Program-made: the position numbers and the translations under genes | Shown here: positions 59,730 through 64,000 of the stretch, in pieces | How positions within the stretch are numbered: position 1 is the first letter of the stretch | How the letters are laid out: every line of letters starts with the position of its first letter | The notes under the pieces: generated by a model | The model's input: the letters and a program-made list of their open reading frames with translations, nothing else | Database searches by the model: none | Told to the model about the DNA's origin: nothing | Assembly: GCA_963778115.1 (NCBI GenBank) | Contig: CAVZSV010000004.1 | Coordinates: 1,760,001 to 1,824,000 of the forward strand | Origin: an uncultured delta proteobacterium | GTDB lineage: Bacteria > Bdellovibrionota > FAC87 > UBA2466 | DNA length: 64,000 nt | Direction: 5' to 3'

Positions 59730-61304
59730 ATGAAGACTACTAAGCAGCCTTATTCAGTTGGGCCTTTACTCCTCGGAATGGGGCTAGTCATGAATCTCCT
59801 TTGCCCCCTTACGGCATCAGCTTATCTGGTATTTGAATTCCCCTCGGGAAAGATCGCGGTCCTGTCGTCAGAAGGCGGCACGGTCAAACATCAAAATTGC
59901 GGACACACGGAACTAACCCTATCCCAACTCGAAGATCTCGCGCTCAAGCCACAGGGGTTAACAAACTTTTGCCATAAAGCTTCACAGCAACCCGACTATT
60001 CCACTTTCGAAACGGACTACGTTATTTCGGTACAGAGTCTCTTTGGAGTTCCCCTTCGTTACGCGGGAATCGATGCCGTCTCTCGACTTAGCCGACGAAG
60101 AATTGAAGGAGAAAGGACGAGTGCAAACGGAACGCCGCCTGAAAAGATTGCGGAAAAAATTTATGCCGCAAACAGCGAGATCTTGGCCCATCTGGGAAGC
60201 GAGTCGCACCGTATTCTTTCTAAAGTAAACGACGGCCCACTGGTTCAATTGGCTTACGATGCCCTATTGCCAAACTACTACGGAAGCGACCGCTTTTGGA
60301 CGCTCTCGAATGCTACGACAGCGAGCAATCTAGACGAAGCATGTCCCGCGGGCTCGGTAATAGTATCGATCGATCGCATTTTAAACTCGCCGTCTTTTCT
60401 TGAGATCGTCGACTGGCTATCCCGCCAGAAAAAAACGACGGATATCCGAATATTGACCTGGTATCGATGGAATGAGGCGGTGAAGTACGACGAAGAGGCG
60501 ATTGGATATGTCGCTAAAGAGCAAGCCTTTGTGCTGACACCGAACCAAGCGGCGGTGGAGTGGAAAAAAAGGGCGAAGGGAGTCGTACCCGCCACTAGCA
60601 GTAGGGACGTTACCTTGGCTTCGCTACCCGGGATGACGGAACGAGAACGATTCCTCTATCCCGTTGCCACGTCCGATAAGGGGAACTACCGCCCTCTGTG
60701 CACGCGAATTTTTTCTCCTCTTGAGGATGAGGAGAAAGAAGGTTACGTCGAACAGGCCCAGCAATCGCTATTGCCTATCGCTCGATCTTTTCAGTGGACA
60801 GTACCCGCTCTGTTTCGAAAGGCCAGTGCTAACGAAACCTTCGAAAGACTCTTCTCCAAAGGGCTCTCTAATGAAGAAAAAAGGGACTGGCGATTCGATT
60901 TGAGCGAGGCTTTGGGTTTCAACCTAAAAAGTGTCGGCCAAGCGAGCGAAGAGAGCATAAACCATAGGGCTATAGCCCAAGCGAGACAGGAGCTCCAGTC
61001 TATCAGACAAACGAGAAACGCGGCCAATCAGCGTCTCGCGGAAGCATTCGAAAATTTCACAGCGACTGCCCATCGAGTTGATACACGCATCGATCCGTTA
61101 AACCCCGAATATCATGCAGCTAGAGATCATATTCACCAAGTCCAGCGCGAGATCGGCAGATCAAGTTATGATTGGAGTGTGGCCGAAGGAAAGGCGCAAT
61201 CTAAGGTTGCCCAGCTTGAAGAGGAGCAGAAGTCCATTAGGGCTAAATGGGAGCAACGCACCTACACTAGAAACTTAGGTGTGCTTTCCCATTTGAACCC
61301 CTAA
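59730..61304 (+). CDS. Secreted hypothetical protein with a C-terminal coiled coil
   Basis: 524-aa ORF with a signal peptide ending ASA; no family recognised. Confidence 0.7.
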   Translation: MKTTKQPYSVGPLLLGMGLVMNLLCPLTASAYLVFEFPSGKIAVLSSEGGTVKHQNCGHTELTLSQLEDLALKPQGLTNFCHKASQQPDYSTFETDYVISVQSLFGVPLRYAGIDAVSRLSRRRIEGERTSANGTPPEKIAEKIYAANSEILAHLGSESHRILSKVNDGPLVQLAYDALLPNYYGSDRFWTLSNATTASNLDEACPAGSVIVSIDRILNSPSFLEIVDWLSRQKKTTDIRILTWYRWNEAVKYDEEAIGYVAKEQAFVLTPNQAAVEWKKRAKGVVPATSSRDVTLASLPGMTERERFLYPVATSDKGNYRPLCTRIFSPLEDEEKEGYVEQAQQSLLPIARSFQWTVPALFRKASANETFERLFSKGLSNEEKRDWRFDLSEALGFNLKSVGQASEESINHRAIAQARQELQSIRQTRNAANQRLAEAFENFTATAHRVDTRIDPLNPEYHAARDHIHQVQREIGRSSYDWSVAEGKAQSKVAQLEEEQKSIRAKWEQRTYTRNLGVLSHLNP

Positions 61305-61424
61305 AAAAGAGCCTTTGAAGATAGCCCTGTTGTCGAATGGACATTTGCGTCATTCGACTTTCCTTATTTTCAGTTGATCCCCTGAAAAATTCCAGTCATC
61401 ATATTAATGCCATTCCTTTAACCC

Positions 61425-62393
61425 ATGGACCCCTCAAAAATGATGAATACCCGAAAAATTTATGCCTGCATTGGTTTACTGTTTGTACTGCTGATGGCCT
61501 CAGCTTCCAATTGCAAAAAGAGTTCTCCTACAACCACTACCACCACCACAACGCCGACCACGGCTCCTGGCAGTTTTAGTATCACTTCTACAACTGCAAC
61601 CATCGGCCAAGTCGCCGTCAGTTGGGGCGATTCGAGTGGGGCTACGAGTTACACCCTCAAATATGGAACTACAAGTGGGACCTACTCGACGACGTTTAGT
61701 ACAAGCGCAAGAAGCCCGGCGACCGTTACCGGACTAACCTTCGGGACAACCTATTATTTTATGGTGACGGCGGTCAATTCTGTGGGAACGACCAATGCTT
61801 CGTCAGAAGCGTCCTCTACACCGCTGGGAGGAATGAACTGTTATGATGGTTTCATTTCTGAAGATTCCACAGGTTACTACCTTTATCACGCGAGTTCCGC
61901 TAACCCGATCTCTTATCTAACGAATCTTATGGGTAACCAGATTACCAGAATTTCTTTCCCTCTCTCCTTGCAGGATCCCAGCGGAGTGAACACGGAAGGG
62001 ACAGCTTATAGCGGATCGATTACTCTTAACGTTTATTCTTGTGTCGCTCCCGGCGCCGCTCCTTCAACGGGAACGCTCGTGGGAAGCGCCGTGGCAACTT
62101 ACGACGATGAAACCGGAGGTGTTTTCGCCCTTAGTACCACGGGGGCCGGCACCCAAGGTGACATGACCAATTTCTCATTCTCCTCTTCCCCCATCGCTAT
62201 TCCAACCAGTTGCTCGGGTGGAAAATACCAATTAGCGCTCGAATTTACGGGCTTCTCAGGGTTTGCCAGTGAATATGTGCTAGCCCCCATTGAGTCCGCG
62301 AGTTCTACTTGCTTCCTGAACGTTTCCGGTAGTTCAACGACGGCAAGTTCCGGAACTACCAATGCCTATCAAGCCATCATCACGGTGGAATAA
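61425..62393 (+). CDS. Lipoprotein with a Thr-rich linker and a fibronectin type III domain
   Basis: LMASASN-C lipobox-like site, poly-Thr, W....GATSY.L.YGT.SG.Y and TVTGL..GTTYYF.VTAVN..G. Confidence 0.8.
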   Translation: MDPSKMMNTRKIYACIGLLFVLLMASASNCKKSSPTTTTTTTTPTTAPGSFSITSTTATIGQVAVSWGDSSGATSYTLKYGTTSGTYSTTFSTSARSPATVTGLTFGTTYYFMVTAVNSVGTTNASSEASSTPLGGMNCYDGFISEDSTGYYLYHASSANPISYLTNLMGNQITRISFPLSLQDPSGVNTEGTAYSGSITLNVYSCVAPGAAPSTGTLVGSAVATYDDETGGVFALSTTGAGTQGDMTNFSFSSSPIAIPTSCSGGKYQLALEFTGFSGFASEYVLAPIESASSTCFLNVSGSSTTASSGTTNAYQAIITVE

Positions 62394-62661
62394 ATATTCC
62401 TCGTACCGGGTGGTGTATCTTCTTATTTTCGTCTAGAAAGAGATCCTATGTTGCGGATCCTTCTTCGGCGACTCACCCCTTTACCCTTCCCGGATTTACC
62501 CTCCAGTTTACTCAAGGCCGGACGCCCGTTGTCGGGACTTCTACCGTCGAAGGTTTACCTAAACAAGATCATCAATGGATATAAAAAGCTTCCCTCTCTA
62601 CCCCCGAGTCTTCTCGAGTCTCTAGAGAGGCACCCCAGCATTCCCACCATGGTTCCAAAAA

Positions 62662-63009
62662 GCACGTCGAGCAATGGATCCAAAGGCGGATGCCGTGGTT
62701 GTCTCCAATCATGGAGGTCGCCAAATTAAAGGCGAAATGGGTTTACTAGATGCTCTTCCAGCAGTCGTTGCCGCAGTAGAAAAGGATTTTCCTGTTCTTT
62801 TTGACAGTGGAATTCGAAGAGGCCAGAACGTGTTTAAAGCAATCGCTCTGGGAGCAAGGGCGGTCTTAGTCGGGCGACCTTGGGTCTACGGACTGGGACT
62901 TGCGGGTTTGGAAAACTTAATTGCGGATCTATATTTCACTTTAACATTGAGCGGGCATAACGAGCCTTCCACCGTTAAGCCTGATTGTCTCCAGCGGGTG
63001 ATTCCTTAG
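62662..63009 (+). pseudogene. C-terminal remnant of an FMN-dependent alpha-hydroxy acid dehydrogenase / lactate monooxygenase
   Basis: ARRA...ADAVVVSNHGGRQ, LDALP, LFDSGIRRG..VFKA.ALGA..VL.GRP..YGL. The N-terminal two-thirds is absent and a short deletion follows YGLGLAG. Confidence 0.85.
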
Positions 63010-63070
63010 TCGTGCTGTGCGCTGCGAGTTGTGAACTTGAGATTTACGGAAAATCGGGGACAATGAGGCT

Positions 63071-63688
63071 ATGGCAAAGAAAAATTCCGCTGTCGATGCG
63101 TACGTGATCAAAGCCCGTCCCTTTGCAAAACCCATCTTAAAGCGACTGCGGACGATCATTCACAAAGGATGTCCCAAAGTTACCGAAGATATCAAATGGG
63201 GCTCTCCTTTCTATCTTTATCAAAATCGAGTCCTGTGCGCGACGATGGCTTTCAAGGAACACTGCGCTCTTGTTTTTTGGAAGTCTGCTTTGATCCGAAG
63301 GAAACTCGGCAAGAAGGCCAAAGATGACCTGAAACTTTTTCGTCGAATTTCTCTCTTAGAGGAGCTTCCTTCGGAGCGGGACTTACTCGCTTATATTAAA
63401 CTCGCTATGCATTTCAACGAACCCACCACTAAACTCCCCCCGCGCGAAAAACGTTCAACACCTGTGAAAGTTCCAAAGGAGCTGACGTACGCTTTGCAAG
63501 CTAACCCGAAAGCGCTAGCGACTTTCGAATCCTTTCCTCCGTCTAAAAGGAAAGACTACATCTTTTGGATCCTTGACGCCAAAACAGAACAGACCCGCGA
63601 ACGCAGACTCGAAACCGCCATCGATTGGATGTCTCAGGGCAAATCACGCAATTGGAAATACGAGGCTCTCAAAAAGAAGAAACGTTGA
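63071..63688 (+). CDS. YdeI/OmpD-associated family protein (DUF1801 + OmdA)
   Basis: VDAYI-like start, FA.PIL..LR, E.IKW..P, AFK.HC, F..F.PS.R.DY..WI..AKT..TR.RR, GK.RNWKY. Confidence 0.9.
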   Translation: MAKKNSAVDAYVIKARPFAKPILKRLRTIIHKGCPKVTEDIKWGSPFYLYQNRVLCATMAFKEHCALVFWKSALIRRKLGKKAKDDLKLFRRISLLEELPSERDLLAYIKLAMHFNEPTTKLPPREKRSTPVKVPKELTYALQANPKALATFESFPPSKRKDYIFWILDAKTEQTRERRLETAIDWMSQGKSRNWKYEALKKKKR

Positions 63689-63788
63689 GACGTATTTTGT
63701 GAACTAGGTAGTTTCACAGGTTTATCCGAATCATCGCCCCTTCCTAACTCACCGCGAAATTCTTAATTTGACTTTTCTGACAAAATAT

Positions 63789-63804
63789 ACAACTATATAG
63801 TTGT
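63789..63804. promoter_or_regulatory. Probable ArsR autoregulatory operator
   Basis: Perfect 16-bp palindrome ACAACTATATAGTTGT overlapping the start of the ArsR gene. Confidence 0.7.
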
Positions 63805-64000
63805 GTATAACTTGAGCACGACTTTAATGGCTTTATCAGACCCAACCCGTCGAGCAATTCTCGATCGACTTGCGAGAGGACCTGCGACGGTCAACGAAAT
63901 TGCCGAACCTTTTCGGCTAACCCAGCAAGCGATCTCCAAACATCTGGCTTACTTGGAGCGGGCGCGGCTGATCGAAAAACGTCGTGAAGGACGTCAGCAC
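63803..64000 (+). CDS. ArsR/SmtB family transcriptional regulator, 5' part (runs off window end)
   Basis: Not in the ORF track; translated by hand: MYNLSTTLMALSDPTRRAILDRLARGPATVNEIAEPFRLTQQAISKHLAYLERARLIEKRREGRQH. Confidence 0.93.
   Translation, partial: MYNLSTTLMALSDPTRRAILDRLARGPATVNEIAEPFRLTQQAISKHLAYLERARLIEKRREGRQH

Noticed and set aside
62448..62729. 93-aa Pro/Leu/Ser-rich ORF
   Set aside because: Low-complexity composition with no SD or motif, and it overlaps the pseudogene fragment out of frame.

Overview
This is a bacterial chromosomal window of roughly 50% GC (by eye). I saw no rRNA, tRNA, CRISPR array, integrase or transposase. The gene content (many signal-peptide orphans, sigma54 promoters, c-type cytochromes) is compatible with a Bdellovibrionota/deltaproteobacteria-like diderm, but this is inference. 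Recognisable genes include proB and partial proA, YaiI, an 8.6 kb cyclic beta-1,2-glucan synthase (ndvB/cgs), an aldo-keto reductase, an MFS transporter, GNATs, TetR, DoxX, YdeI/OmpD and a partial ArsR regulator. There are two glycan loci. The first (17967-25497) has an epimerase, a GmhA-like isomerase, a TPP E1 alpha/beta pair without E2/E3, a polytopic membrane protein and a domain-inverted HldE-like enzyme. The second (40950-45318) has a perosamine synthase-like aminotransferase, a GT4, a flippase-like protein and a methyltransferase, with a divergent CMAH-like metallo-enzyme beside it. Four secreted proteases (C1A, S28, S53, atypical S8) and three decayed genes are also present. The best candidate for an undescribed system is at 2.1-5.0 kb: a predicted sigma54 promoter drives a secreted Gly/His-repeat protein, followed by an internal hairpin and an SdpA/DUF5819-like + HTTM (SdpB-like) membrane pair. 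Several proteins resemble eukaryote- or amoeba-pathogen-associated families (ependymin/LolA-fold with CxxCH, Lpg0189-like, CarF/TMEM189, TMEM260-like, S28, CMAH-like). All family calls come from motifs recognised by eye and need HMM or structure confirmation.
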